The notes under the pieces were generated by a model that was not told the origin of the DNA, made no database searches, and saw only the letters and a program-made list of their open reading frames with translations. 64,000 nucleotides of DNA from Nitrosopumilaceae archaeon (GTDB taxonomy: Archaea; Thermoproteota; Nitrososphaeria; Nitrososphaerales; Nitrosopumilaceae). Numbering within the stretch: the stretch's first letter is position 1; the number at the start of each line of letters is the position of its first letter. Positions 31,059-42,121 of this stretch are shown here, piece after piece. The stretch spans positions 224,001 to 288,000 of the forward strand of contig CBDATR010000010.1 of the NCBI GenBank assembly GCA_965200155.1. The letters are read 5' to 3'. A program made the translations under genes and the position numbers.

Positions 31059-31383
31059 GTAACTGTTTAGGTCATTCATCCTTAGAGGTGTGCAGTGTGT
31101 CCATTCCGATGGCAATCTTGAGTGCGCCACCGCTCTGCCATATCTCGGGATGAATCACTCAAGCCTAGCACATCACCACTCATACAAGTACCGTGTAACG
31201 ATAGAACAAAATTCGCGTATGAGTTCACCTGTGTCTAAATTTACGCATAACTGATCGCGACAGTTAATGTTATTTGTGCACAAGATTCCGGAAGACGTGA
31301 ACTCATACAAATTCGCGTGTTGTGGACTCTGCCCAGTAGTCCGTGTAACTGTTATCTCTGCTTCAGATGACCTTAACGGTTAT
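31059..31383. mobile_element. Degenerate MITE-2-related element containing a MITE-1
   Basis: GTAACTGTTTAGGTCAT ... ATGACCTTAACGGTTAT inverted ends. Confidence 0.6.
31217..31308 (+). mobile_element. MITE-1, TSD AAATTCGC
   Basis: TIRs and 8-bp duplication. Confidence 0.97.
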
Positions 31384-31585
31384 GAATAGAACACACTCAC
31401 TGCGCTCGAGGCATATCAACAACGGACAAATCTACGGTATAGATGAGTATATAATTAGCAAAAATAATCCAGCAATATATAGCAGATATTTACACGCACT
31501 AACATACGTCCGGCAGGCAAATTTAGCAGTAATTTTAAGTCTAGATTTTGTAATGCGAATAAGCGCGGTTTTAATTAAAATTAGT

Positions 31586-31600
31586 AATAAGATATAAAAG
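31586..31600 (+). promoter_or_regulatory. BRE/TATA box of the thermosome gene
   Basis: AATAAGATATAAAAG about 25 nt upstream of ATG 31623 (leaderless spacing). Confidence 0.6.
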
Positions 31601-31622
31601 AGGGTCACAAAATAGCAGAACT

Positions 31623-33320
31623 ATGAGTGTGCAAGTAGCATCACAAGGAAAAATGCCCGTAGTTCTGCTCAAGGATGGGTCCACTGAGACAAAAGGGCGA
31701 GATGCACACAAAAACAATATTGCTGCATCTAAAATAATTGCGGAAATAGTACGCAGTAGCCTAGGTCCACGAGGTATGGATAAGATGCTAGTGGATTCAC
31801 TGGGCGATGTCACCATAACAAATGATGGTGCGACAATCCTAAAGGAGATAGACGTTCAACATCCTGCTGCAAAGATGTTGGTGGAAATATCAAAGACCAC
31901 TGATAATGAGGTAGGTGACGGGACCACATCAGCAGTAGTTCTTGCAGGAGCACTATTGGAAAATGCAGAGTCGCTTGTAAACCAAGAAGTACATCCCACA
32001 ATAATCGTGGATGGCTATCGCAAGGCTGCCAAGCAGGCCAGTGCATTTTTGGCAGAGATAGCAGAGACCACATTTGCAGACGACCGGGAAATTCTCAAGA
32101 AGGTAGCGCGTACAGCTATGCAAACCAAGCTGGTCCGTAATGATTCGGATCATCTATCCGAAATAGTGGTGGACGCCGTACTTGCTGTAGCAGAAAAGGA
32201 CGGCGAAAGTTATGATGTTGACATAGATGACATAAAAGTTGACAAGAAAGCAGGCGGTTCCATAAAGGATTCCGAGATTGTACGGGGCATGATTTTGGAC
32301 AAAGAGATAGTTCACGGAGGCATGCCGCGTGAAATATCAGATGCAAAGATAGCTCTCATAAATTCGGCACTGGAAATAAACAAGACCGAAACAGATGCAA
32401 AGATAAACATCTCCAACCCCCAACAACTGAAGGTATTCTTAGATGAAGAGAACCGTATGCTCAAATCCATGGTCGACAAGATAATTGCCAGTGGAGTCAA
32501 TGTTGTACTATGCCAGAAAGGAATAGACGATATGGCGCAGCACTACTTGGCAAAAGCCGGAATTATGGCTGTACGTCGTATTAAGGAGAGTGATTTGTCA
32601 AAATTGGCCAGAGCTACAGGAACAAAGATTGTGACAAATCTAGACGATCTTGCAGACATGCAGCTTGGCTCGGCAGAGGTAGTCGAAGAGCAAAAGATAG
32701 AAGAAGACAAGTGGGTGTTTATACGCGGGTGTAAGAATCCCAAATCTGTCAGTGTTCTGGTGCGTGGAGGTTCTCAGCGAGTTGTGGACGAGGTAGAGCG
32801 TTCCATTCATGACTCTTTGATGGTTGTACGAGACGTAATGCTCAAGCCATCAATTGTTGCCGGCGGTGGCGCTCCAGAGACATATGCTGCCACAGGTCTA
32901 CGAAACTGGGCCAATTCCCTAGATGGCAGGGAGCAGTTGGCCGCAGAAAAGTTTGCCGACAGTATGGAATCAATACCACTAGCCTTGGCTGAAAATGCAG
33001 GTATGGATCCCATTGATACTTTAGCAACACTTCGAGCTCGACAATTAAGAGGCGAGCGATGGACCGGAATTGATGTTATGCCGGGTAATGTTGCAGATAT
33101 GAAGAATAGTGAGATTATTGAACCACTTTCGGTAAAGCTCCAAGTAGTGATGGCCGCATCCGAAGCGGCATGTATGTTGCTACGTATAGATGATGTCATC
33201 ACCACCGCAAAGTCTGCCGGACCTCCCCCAGGTGGCGAGGGCGGAATGGACGAGATGGGTGGCATGCCCGGCATGGGTGGTATGGGCGGAATGGGTGGCA
33301 TGCCCGGCATGGGAATGTAA
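31623..33320 (+). CDS. Thermosome (group II chaperonin) subunit
   Basis: [26 protein letters not shown]-repeat tail. Confidence 0.98.
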   Translation: MSVQVASQGKMPVVLLKDGSTETKGRDAHKNNIAASKIIAEIVRSSLGPRGMDKMLVDSLGDVTITNDGATILKEIDVQHPAAKMLVEISKTTDNEVGDGTTSAVVLAGALLENAESLVNQEVHPTIIVDGYRKAAKQASAFLAEIAETTFADDREILKKVARTAMQTKLVRNDSDHLSEIVVDAVLAVAEKDGESYDVDIDDIKVDKKAGGSIKDSEIVRGMILDKEIVHGGMPREISDAKIALINSALEINKTETDAKINISNPQQLKVFLDEENRMLKSMVDKIIASGVNVVLCQKGIDDMAQHYLAKAGIMAVRRIKESDLSKLARATGTKIVTNLDDLADMQLGSAEVVEEQKIEEDKWVFIRGCKNPKSVSVLVRGGSQRVVDEVERSIHDSLMVVRDVMLKPSIVAGGGAPETYAATGLRNWANSLDGREQLAAEKFADSMESIPLALAENAGMDPIDTLATLRARQLRGERWTGIDVMPGNVADMKNSEIIEPLSVKLQVVMAASEAACMLLRIDDVITTAKSAGPPPGGEGGMDEMGGMPGMGGMGGMGGMPGMGM

Positions 33321-33524
33321 TCTTTAATCTAATAGTAGTACACTAGTTCATATTTACGCGTATATAGATGGCAAGTTAATTATGCACACTTTATATACAT
33401 AGTTACCAATCTCGTATTCAAATTGTACCATTGTCACGCCGTGACAGAAAGGGTTCACAAAATACAGGTGGATTGCCAGTAGTTGAATGAATCATATTGC
33501 CAACTCTACATGAGGAGATCTAAT

Positions 33525-33616
33525 GTATAAGTTCACCTGTGTCTAAATTTACGCACAACTGATCGCGACAGTTAATGTGATTTGTGCACAAGATTCCGGA
33601 AGACGTGAACTCATAC
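33525..33616 (+). mobile_element. MITE-1, TSD GATCTAAT
   Basis: TIRs (1 mismatch) and 8-bp duplication. Confidence 0.95.
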
Positions 33617-33630
33617 GATCTAATTACTGC

Positions 33631-33763
33631 GCAACCGTTTAGGTCACGTAAAGATCAAACATCTAGACGATAAATCCATGGACATATGATGATAGAAAAG
33701 GCGAGTATGAACATACTCACGGTGTATTTTAAGCGGTTGTTCAAGGATGATCTAAACAGTTAC
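33631..33763 (+). mobile_element. MITE-2 (degenerate)
   Basis: GCAACCGTTTAGGTCA...TGATCTAAACAGTTAC; interior similar to the copies at 45873 and 50820. Confidence 0.85.
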
Positions 33764-33769
33764 AATTAT

Positions 33770-33870
33770 GTATGAGTTCACGTCTTCCGGAATCTTATGC
33801 ACAAATCACATTAACTAGAACAACCTGTTCCATCAGTTATGCGTAAATTTAGACACAGGTGAACTCACAC
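33770..33870 (-). mobile_element. MITE-1, 101-bp variant, TSD ACAATTAT
   Basis: Reverse complement of 5910-6010; 8-bp duplication. Confidence 0.95.
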
Positions 33871-33918
33871 ACAATTATTGGACCACCAAGGAATATATAA
33901 AAAGACACCAAGAAGGGC

Positions 33919-34809
33919 GTGATGATGATAAGCCCCGCATACGATGCGCCGTTATATCGCCCCCCATCTGAGGGCAAATCATTAATATTTCAAGTCACGT
34001 TGGGCTGCTCCTTTAACGAGTGCTCATTTTGTGACATGTATCGTTCCAAAGAATACTCGGAAAGGCCATGGAATCAGATAAAGTCGGAGATAGATCTTAT
34101 GGGGAAGCACCTGCCAAATACGCGCAGAATATTCCTAGCCGATGGGGATGCGATGAATCTAGATACTCAGTATATCATCAAAATAATTACTCATTTAAAA
34201 GAGAAATTTCCCCATCTAGACAGAATATCCTGCTACGCCATGCCCATGAACCTGCTTAAAAAAACACCACAGGAGTTGTCCGATATGCACAAGGCAGGAT
34301 TAGATATGCTATATCTAGGCATAGAAAGTGGATCAGATACCGTTCTCAAAAAGGTCACAAAAGGCGCGCTGGGATCAACCATAATCAAAGCAGTCAACAA
34401 GGCCAAAGCTGCGGGTTACAAAATGTCGTGCATGGTAATAATAGGACTAGGCGGTAAGAAATACTCACAAGAACACATATCAGACACTGCCAAGGTGATT
34501 AATTCCTGCTCACCCAATTATCTAGGTGCTTTAACACTATACCTGGAAAATGGTATAAAACAGGAATTTATCGATAAGTATGAGGGTAACTTTAAGCGAC
34601 TTAATGATGCAGAAACCCTAGAAGAATTAGGCCGGTTAATATCTCAGATCGAGGTTCAGGACGACATGGTTTTTCGCGCAAATCATGGTTCTAATGCATA
34701 TACCATAAAGGGAACATTCCCTCATGACAAGGAAGAGATGTTGCAACAGATAGAATGGTTTAAAGATCATCCGGAGACAGCTAGGCCACAGGGATTGCGC
34801 GGATTTTAG
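33919..34809 (+). CDS. Radical SAM protein
   Basis: YRPPSE...GCSFNECSFCDMY, FLADGD, YLGIESG. Confidence 0.92.
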   Translation: MMMISPAYDAPLYRPPSEGKSLIFQVTLGCSFNECSFCDMYRSKEYSERPWNQIKSEIDLMGKHLPNTRRIFLADGDAMNLDTQYIIKIITHLKEKFPHLDRISCYAMPMNLLKKTPQELSDMHKAGLDMLYLGIESGSDTVLKKVTKGALGSTIIKAVNKAKAAGYKMSCMVIIGLGGKKYSQEHISDTAKVINSCSPNYLGALTLYLENGIKQEFIDKYEGNFKRLNDAETLEELGRLISQIEVQDDMVFRANHGSNAYTIKGTFPHDKEEMLQQIEWFKDHPETARPQGLRGF

Positions 34810-34813
34810 TCAT

Positions 34814-35245
34814 TTATACGCACTCATTAGATATGTCTTGGCAATCGCCACCCAAGTTATAGACAACCTTGTATATGACCACTTGATAGATGCCGTCGAA
34901 TATACGGGTCACCACACCGTCACTTACATCCAAAGCTCTAAACCGGTACTCATATTCGCCGCCGTCCAGAACATTCACCTGGGCAAAATGAACTGGATGC
35001 TCATGTTGAAAAATTTGTATTATTACGGGATAACCGCTTGCTGGATTTTCTACTGTTCCACGTATGTAACCCCAAGGGAAGGGGTTATCAGATGGAACAT
35101 CTAAGGTGATTGTGGTTTTTTGTAACATAATGGTATCACTTATTGGAATATATTGATTCATGGTTTCTCCAGCGGCCAAGGGCACGAATGCAAAGACCAC
35201 CATTACTACTGAAAGGGCTGCAACAGAGAAGTGGCGTAGTTTCAT
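34814..35245 (-). CDS. Hypothetical exported protein
   Basis: Signal peptide, 143-aa ORF. Confidence 0.7.
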   Translation of the reverse strand: MKLRHFSVAALSVVMVVFAFVPLAAGETMNQYIPISDTIMLQKTTITLDVPSDNPFPWGYIRGTVENPASGYPVIIQIFQHEHPVHFAQVNVLDGGEYEYRFRALDVSDGVVTRIFDGIYQVVIYKVVYNLGGDCQDISNECV

Positions 35246-35437
35246 AATACAAAATATATGTACAAACTAATAGACCTTATGCGCATGATTGACAGTAACA
35301 TCCCATATTGCTTCAAACTGGGGTGTATTTTATGGCACACAATCAGGCAAGCATGAACAAACCAATGTTAATGGCACCTACCAGCACTAACGTATGCCGT
35401 GTAGTGAGGGGACCGGATCTTGATGACGTATATCATG

Positions 35438-36398
35438 GTATGAGTCACGTGTTTTGATCACATAATAAGATAGAATGCATCCCAGTTTTTTAATTATAAT
35501 TGCATTCTGGCAGCAACCTCGTTCATTACAGAAATGCCCTGAGCCCTCCATGTCTGAACACATATGGACATTCTGCGCATGACCCTTTCACCACCCTTTA
35601 TCTGGCCACTAATTTTGCGGAATACCACTGCGTATCAGAACCGGTTCCACTGCTCCGCTGGATTGTTGGTGGGCTCCACACCGTCATATTCTAAGAATAC
35701 GAACATGCCTGGTATGGCCTTATTCAATCCTTTTACCTTCTTTTGCAGTTCAGTATCAACATCACAGTACTGATGCATCTGCTCCTGTCTCAAATGAGTG
35801 TCGTAATTGCGCGGACGGCCCGCAGCGATTCACGTGCGCTCCGGAACAATTCTTTCAAATCGTTGTCAAGTTTGATCCGGGCGTCCTGATCACCGGGATC
35901 GATATAGAATCCTGCATGTAATATACTGGTATCGCGCAATAAATGCGCCCAACACAACTGGTGCTTCCCACCGTCATCAAACCGGCGATACACAACGTAC
36001 CTGTCTGTAACTATCGCGCCCTGGTAACCGTTCAGGTATTTGTCCACTACATATGAACTCCTACTTTTGTATATCATCCACTCTTCGGCCCGCATCCCCC
36101 ATATCCAACCACGCTTACCCGCCAGTGATATACCAGTTTCGTCCACATGAATGCTGGGTGATTTTATTATATTCTCATAAATTGTTTCCATAAATGATTC
36201 GCATGCATCGGCGGCCCTGGCAATTATGTTGTTTACCGCACCCACCGATATATTCAGGCCGAAGAGATCCCTCGAAATTACAGGTACGCGTTTTATTGGA
36301 ATCTTTTCCGTACGTAACGCAGTGATGGCACCACATCTCAAAACCACCACTCTCTGGGACGTCCGCTGCTGGGGCCAGTTGTTTTTTGCCGCACATGC
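35438..36398 (-). pseudogene. Truncated IS66-family element with small deletions
   Basis: Closely matches 42122-~43120; one TIR; cut by a MITE. Confidence 0.93.
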
Positions 36399-36490
36399 GT
36401 ATGAGTTCACCTGTGTCTAAATTTACGCATAACTGATCGCGACAGTTAATGTGATTTGTGCATAAGATTCCAGAAGACGTGAACTCATAC
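36399..36490 (+). mobile_element. MITE-1, no TSD (deletion junction)
   Basis: TIRs present; the two flanks belong to different elements. Confidence 0.95.
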
Positions 36491-36642
36491 TAACTTTTCT
36501 GTTTCACACGAGTCTGTGTGGGAAAACCCATGATACTAGGTCAATTGTTCGTATCTAACAACTTGGTTTAGACGTGCAGGGCGGGAGAAGTGATTCTGCG
36601 CTTATGATCTAGTAATAGAGTGTTCAACAAGACTTGCCAAGT

Positions 36643-37197
36643 TTATGCTACATCAAGGGAGCGACGGTGTAGCATTTCCCGTACACTAGCCTTTGCCTCC
36701 TGACTTGTGAATGAGCCCCTATATGCCACGGAATCCATCTTGGCATGATTACGAACGCCGCGCATCTTCATACATAAATGCTCGGCATCAATAAAGACAG
36801 CCACCCCTTTGATTCCTCTAGAATATAGCTCATCAGCAATATTCTTTGTTAATCGCTCCTGTATTTGAAGGCGTTTAGAATACTTTTCTACAACCCGCAC
36901 TAGTTTCGATACACCAAAGACCCTACCATTGGGGGAATACGCAATCTGAATCTTACCAAAGAACGGAAGCATGTGATGTTCACACATGGAATAGAACGAA
37001 ATATCACGCACCATGACCACATCAGAGTCCTCACTAAATTGTACATCCAGCTCCGAGGAGGAGTCATATCCAGAGAAGATCTCCTTATACATATTGGCCA
37101 TACGCCGCGGAGTATCACGCAATCCTTCTCTAGTGGGATCTTCGCCTAGCTCTATTATTAACTCTCGAATAAGTTTTTGTACTCTTTGATCGTCCAT
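36643..37197 (-). CDS. folE: GTP cyclohydrolase I
   Basis: GEDPTREGLRDTP, SMCEHHMLPF, LQIQERLT, HLCMKMRG. Confidence 0.97.
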   Translation of the reverse strand: MDDQRVQKLIRELIIELGEDPTREGLRDTPRRMANMYKEIFSGYDSSSELDVQFSEDSDVVMVRDISFYSMCEHHMLPFFGKIQIAYSPNGRVFGVSKLVRVVEKYSKRLQIQERLTKNIADELYSRGIKGVAVFIDAEHLCMKMRGVRNHAKMDSVAYRGSFTSQEAKASVREMLHRRSLDVA

Positions 37198-37590
37198 ATT
37201 ATCAAGAGATAGATTGGCTTATTTGAATTGTGCGCATGTTATGCAAATTGAGCATACATTCTTGGTACACATATAAATTTTATTATTTGTGTTTAGTGCA
37301 ACAATGTTGGTTAAAAATATTGGTCCTGTGTAAATTATTAAACAATTACACATGAGGTAGTTTGTTGCATAACTCCAAACAAGTTAGATCAAAAATGTAT
37401 GTAAAAACGGTTTGAGTATTTTCGTTTATTCTGTCAGTGATTACTAACTTGGATCCAAGCATTAACATCTGAGATTTTTTAAACAAACTTTATGGTATTC
37501 ACCGACAATGCCAAGTACGTCCAGCGGAAGGCTATTTAGCTTTGATCATGCGTGGAATTGAAAAGGCCAACCATAACAAGGAGGGTGCTC

Positions 37591-37682
37591 GTATGAGTTC
37601 ACCTGTGTCTAAATTTACGCATAACTGATCGCGACAGTTAATGTGATTTGTGCATAAGATTCCGGAAGACGTGAACTCATAC
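37591..37682 (+). mobile_element. MITE-1, TSD GGGTGCTC
   Basis: TIRs and 8-bp duplication. Confidence 0.97.
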
Positions 37683-38124
37683 GGGTGCTCCCTACCGGTA
37701 TGCTGTGGGCATGTTACATGACACTGAGAACGACATTAGGTATGAGATACAGGCAGGTATCCGTTCCTTGCAGGACTACTGGAAGGGCACCAAACCCCGT
37801 ACCACTCCACAATATACAGACGCGGAAAAGATCTTGACAACGACAAGGAGAATGGCACGATTGTCGGCACAGACAAAAAGCTGACGAGTGCCAATGATTG
37901 TTGACTCGACCGGCCTTGAAAAGTGCAGTCGCGGTGAGTGGATTAGGGCCAAATGGAAAAAGAGACGCGGATTCATCAGTGCTCGCGGACTAGGAGAGCA
38001 TATGCATTTACGGTTACCGGCGAGTGGGTTGGGAATACGCGCATGTTAATCAATGCAGTACTGGGCTCGTATGCAGAAGAGCCACAACTGGACAGGAAGC
38101 ACACCGGGAATTGGAAAGTTCCGG

Positions 38125-38216
38125 GTATGAGTTCACGTCTTCCGGAATCTTATACACAAATCACATTAACTGTCGCGATCAGTTATGCGTAAATTTAGAC
38201 ACAGGTGAACTCATAC
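38125..38216 (-). mobile_element. MITE-1, TSD AGTTCCGG
   Basis: TIRs and 8-bp duplication. Confidence 0.97.
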
Positions 38217-38392
38217 AGTTCCGGACCCATTGCAACAGTTGCCATCTCTGGCAGGACCAACAGATAAGCCACCACCCGGAAACGCGCTGACTAACGGTGT
38301 GTCCCCCTTTACCGAATAATGATGACAAGCGCGCATTTAATCTGGAATTACTTGCTGATGGCGCATACACGTCCAGGGATAACATGAAATTG

Positions 38393-38484
38393 GTATGAGT
38401 TCACCTGTGTCTAAATTTACGCATAACTGATCGCGACAGTTAATGTGATTTGTGCACAAGATTCCGGAAGACGTGAACTCATAC
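38393..38484 (+). mobile_element. MITE-1, TSD TGAAATTG
   Basis: TIRs and 8-bp duplication. Confidence 0.97.
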
Positions 38485-39280
38485 TGAAATTGTGCAGTGA
38501 TAATCGAATCCGGACAACCATTCCACTTCAGCTAAATTCCACCAAAGGAAAGGCGACTCATGTGGACTTGCAGTCTTGGAGGAAGCCCGGAATCTCCCAT
38601 TTTCCGCTTTTCTGATGAGGAAAAGATCGAAAACAAGCAGTACTGGAAGGCGGCAAAAGGGTATAACAGGCGATGGATAATCGAGATAATCATAGAGCCG
38701 GTTCCCGTTCAAACGATTATTCGGGCACGGATTAATGGCGCGGAAATGGGATAACATACGAGTACAACGAGTGGGTGGACGCGGCAGCGACGTAGATCAC
38801 GACATGGGAAACCTGTATTCTGTCAAAGTCAGTTATGCAACAAACTCGCATGAGGGAAAAGACTAACACATTCTGCGTCGTGTGTATTCTACATAAGAGC
38901 AGAGAATAATATTAGACAGATTAAAGAGTAGATGTGTTAATCAGCACATACCAGACAGCACCATTTCTGCCCCATAATAGACTTTGAGATAGATCCGGAA
39001 GCTCACGAAAATGTTGAATTTTGTGTGATTTAGTTGAATATTCTTTATAGTTCAGGAAATCCACGATTGAAGTAGATTTTATATTTGGATGTTTTGTTGG
39101 ACTGTTTGTATATGCGCATAAATTATATAATCTTATGTATATGTTGTATGAAAGCTTCATAAACTGGATACAGCCGTGACTGCGACAAAGACTACAGCAA
39201 AGTGAGCTTAAGATAGCCATAGATGCTTATTCATGTAGACATAAACTCATACTGGGAAATCTTACAGAATGAGAAGCGAA

Positions 39281-40000
39281 TTAACTGTCAGGATTCTCTA
39301 CTTGTGTATTGGACTGTGACTCGTCATTGTCCGATGTAGTCTTGGCAGAGTTTTTGTATGTCTCAATAAATCTAACCGCGCTCAGTGTAGGTATGAATCC
39401 AAATAGCGACATCTGAAGTAGGTGCTTCTTGTTCTGTAACTTTGGATCTTGAGAAGATGAGGAAAGTATTTTCACCTCCAAGACATCATCCTTAAGCACA
39501 TATTCCTTATCGGCTATACCTGCCTCACCAAGTATTGCATCTATCTTTTCAGCAGTATCTTCTAGACTCTTTATTACAGTATAATCATATTGGATTGTCT
39601 TGCCTGCATATCTGTGGTTAAAGTCGACCTGCACCCTGCCGGAGCTCATAAATCGGACCTCACCCTTCTTTCCATCCACAGTTATTATATCACCCACCGT
39701 TACTTTATCGGCATCATCGCCTAATTTCCTATAGTTTAGCATCTTAATTAGATGCCTGCTGCGTACACCAAAGGCTTGTTCGGGCGAGACATCCACAGTA
39801 TTGCTTTGGCCAACATCCGAAGATTCTAGCGCCACATCAAACCCACTTAGTACCGGATATGTAACATTACCAATGGAGACCAATTTAGGAGCGGACACCT
39901 GCTCCTCATCCTCAGAATAAGTACTCTCTACTATGTCATCAGTATCTTTTATTTTAGCAGTGTAATCTACCAATACAAGACTGTTTTTAGGAAAAGTCAT
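39281..40000 (-). CDS. Long-type FKBP peptidyl-prolyl isomerase (SlyD-like)
   Basis: VLVDYT, SPEQAFG, VDFNHRYAGKT. Confidence 0.9.
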   Translation of the reverse strand: MTFPKNSLVLVDYTAKIKDTDDIVESTYSEDEEQVSAPKLVSIGNVTYPVLSGFDVALESSDVGQSNTVDVSPEQAFGVRSRHLIKMLNYRKLGDDADKVTVGDIITVDGKKGEVRFMSSGRVQVDFNHRYAGKTIQYDYTVIKSLEDTAEKIDAILGEAGIADKEYVLKDDVLEVKILSSSSQDPKLQNKKHLLQMSLFGFIPTLSAVRFIETYKNSAKTTSDNDESQSNTQVENPDS

Positions 40001-40226
40001 CAGGTTAAGTCTTTTATGCTCCCAATATTAAGTTAAAGTGTATACCTAAAGTAACCTCCAAGTCTCACAGATTGAGTTACACATTCACGTCATAAAATAT
40101 ACACTAGGCTCTGTAACATTAAGCATTGAGTCTGTTCCCAAGACATGTCGAATGGTCCCCTCACATGTGGTACCGCCTAGCCGTACAAGTAGCCTGCTGA
40201 CTGGGGGGAACAAGACCAAAGAAAAC

Positions 40227-40318
40227 GTATGAGTTCACCTGTGTCTAAATTTACGCATAACTGATCGCGACAGTTAATGTGATTTGTACATAAGATTACA
40301 GAAGACGTGAACTCATAC
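40227..40318 (+). mobile_element. MITE-1, TSD AAGAAAAC
   Basis: TIRs and 8-bp duplication. Confidence 0.97.
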
Positions 40319-40380
40319 AAGAAAACATTATTGTGACTTTGGGCACCTAAACGACTACATGGTACGAATTCTCAGGTTAC

Positions 40381-41907
40381 TAGACCGTATGCGCAGAATC
40401 ACTTCTCCCACCCTGCACGTCTAAACCAAGTTGTTAGATACGAACAATTGACCTAGTATCATGGGTTTTCCCACAGACTCGTGTGAAACAGAAAAGTTAA
40501 GACCTAATTTTGTAATACCAGGTATGCTAAAAGCAGAAGAACTCACCAGGGAGCAGTTAGTCACAGAGTACTACCGGCTACGCACCGAGTCTGAGGCCGA
40601 AGTAACAAACCTGCGTGGCAAAAATGACAGTCTGCACGCCAAACTTGAAGCTCAAACAAAGAATGCCCTCGTTTCAAATCTTGATGACATCATAGAACGC
40701 AAGGATCAGCTTCATTCCCTGACCGGATGCACCCCGGAAGAGTTCAAATGGATACTAACCAGATTCACAGAATACGTAGAGTCCCTGGAAGGCGATGATG
40801 CACGGCGATTCTTAGAACTTACAAATGATCGCGGGCACGTGAACAAATTTCCGGTCAGGCATGTACTCTTAGTTACACTGATACGCCTGCGCTGCAACAC
40901 AAAGCAGGAGCTGCTGGCAGCAATACTCAAGATAAACCAGTCAAACATATGCCGTTACATCCAGTTTACAAAGCAGGGACTGATCAAGATACTCCCAACG
41001 GCCGATACCGTTGCAAAAGCAATATCACAAATCAAGTCAGCATCGGACTTTAAGGAAATTGTTCCCGGTCGAGCCGGAGGGGAGATAAAGACTGACGGGA
41101 CACATGTACGCGTACAACGTCCTGAAAAAAATCAGGAGGCAATGTACTCTGGTAAACAAAAAACCCACACGTATAACGTACAGATAACATCAAACAAGAA
41201 AAGACTGATAATTCACGTAAGTGGAGTATATGAGGGAAAAAGACACGATTATGGTATATTCAAGAATGATATTCCCCTCGGTGGTAAATGGGGCAAGTCC
41301 CTAAAAGAATCAACCACGCTGCCATCTGAGAATATAACAGTAATAGCAGATGCAGGATACCAGGGTATGAAAGACTTCCTACCCGGCGCAAAGGTCATAA
41401 TTCCATACAGGGGTAGGGAATCACTCACTAAAACTGAAAGGAAATACAACCAATATGTATCAAAAAGGCGCATATTAATCGAGAATGTAATTCGAATGCT
41501 AAAGGTATATCGTAGATTAAGTCAGGTATATGATGGTAGTCGTGAGGAATTCCGGGAAGATCTACTCGTAGTATCCGGGTTGCATAATTTACACATTATG
41601 CACAAGCATACCAGGTACAAGAAATTCTTGAAAAATATCTGTCCATAATTTCCGTGATATTATAATTCGAATATTACTCATCAGAAAATCCACTAAATTA
41701 ATGGGTTTTGTGGTAACCATTTAGCTCACTCATGATATACGTCATCAAGATCCGGTCACCCCACTACACGACATTTGTAATCACGGCATACGTTAGTGCT
41801 GGCAGGTGCCATTAACATTGTTCATGCTTGACTGATTGTGTGCCATAAAATACACCCCAGTTTGAAGCAACATGGGCTATTCCTGTCAATCATGCGCATA
41901 AGGTCTA
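40381..41907 (+). mobile_element. IS5-family element (ISL2/DDE_Tnp_4-like), apparently intact
   Basis: TIR TAGACCGTATGCGCA / TGCGCATAAGGTCTA around a transposase. Confidence 0.9.
40524..41648 (+). CDS. IS5-family transposase (HTH + DDE_Tnp_4)
   Basis: TDGTHVRVQRP, YSGKQKTH, HD, ADAGYQG, RILIENV. Confidence 0.93.
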   Translation: MLKAEELTREQLVTEYYRLRTESEAEVTNLRGKNDSLHAKLEAQTKNALVSNLDDIIERKDQLHSLTGCTPEEFKWILTRFTEYVESLEGDDARRFLELTNDRGHVNKFPVRHVLLVTLIRLRCNTKQELLAAILKINQSNICRYIQFTKQGLIKILPTADTVAKAISQIKSASDFKEIVPGRAGGEIKTDGTHVRVQRPEKNQEAMYSGKQKTHTYNVQITSNKKRLIIHVSGVYEGKRHDYGIFKNDIPLGGKWGKSLKESTTLPSENITVIADAGYQGMKDFLPGAKVIIPYRGRESLTKTERKYNQYVSKRRILIENVIRMLKVYRRLSQVYDGSREEFREDLLVVSGLHNLHIMHKHTRYKKFLKNICP

Positions 41908-42121
41908 CTGATTGCAATCAAAATATGATAAAATATGCAAAATCCATGCTGTTAATTCTGAGATGAGTGATATACAACCCCTCACAGGCGCTATTAGTAA
42001 CATGATCAGCCAGATAGCTCCAAAATGGCACATTCATAACTAATCTTATAAACAAAATATGTATAAATTCACGTATTTGCTAATCCCGCGTTACTATCTG
42101 CCCGTGCGTAAATGTGGGTTC

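Larger units (their letters stand above)
35271..36611 (-). mobile_element. Gutted IS5-family copy (both ends kept) containing an IS66 remnant and a MITE-1
   Basis: 35271-35437 and 36491-36611 are reverse complements of the ends of 40381-41907. Confidence 0.9.
37358..38847 (+). mobile_element. Decayed IS5-family (IS903-like) element interrupted by three MITE-1 copies
   Basis: TIR AGTTTGTTGCATAACT/AGTTATGCAACAAACT, flanking CATGAGG duplication; fragments IVDSTGLEKCSRGEWIRAKW, LADGAY, GYNRRWIIE. Confidence 0.85.

Noticed and set aside
33241-33317. GGC-ATG tandem repeats
   Set aside because: Normal GGM tail of group II chaperonins.
37953-38385. Short ORFs containing YEFTSSGIL / MSSPVSKFTHN
   Set aside because: Translations of MITE-1 sequence, not a protein family.
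37591-38484. Clustered 92-bp repeats as a CRISPR array
   Set aside because: Irregular spacing, both orientations, TIRs and 8-bp TSDs identify them as MITEs; no true array was seen in the window.
38758-38771. ACGAG-TACA-ACGAG in the IS903-like pseudogene
   Set aside because: No hairpin and no empty allele for comparison.
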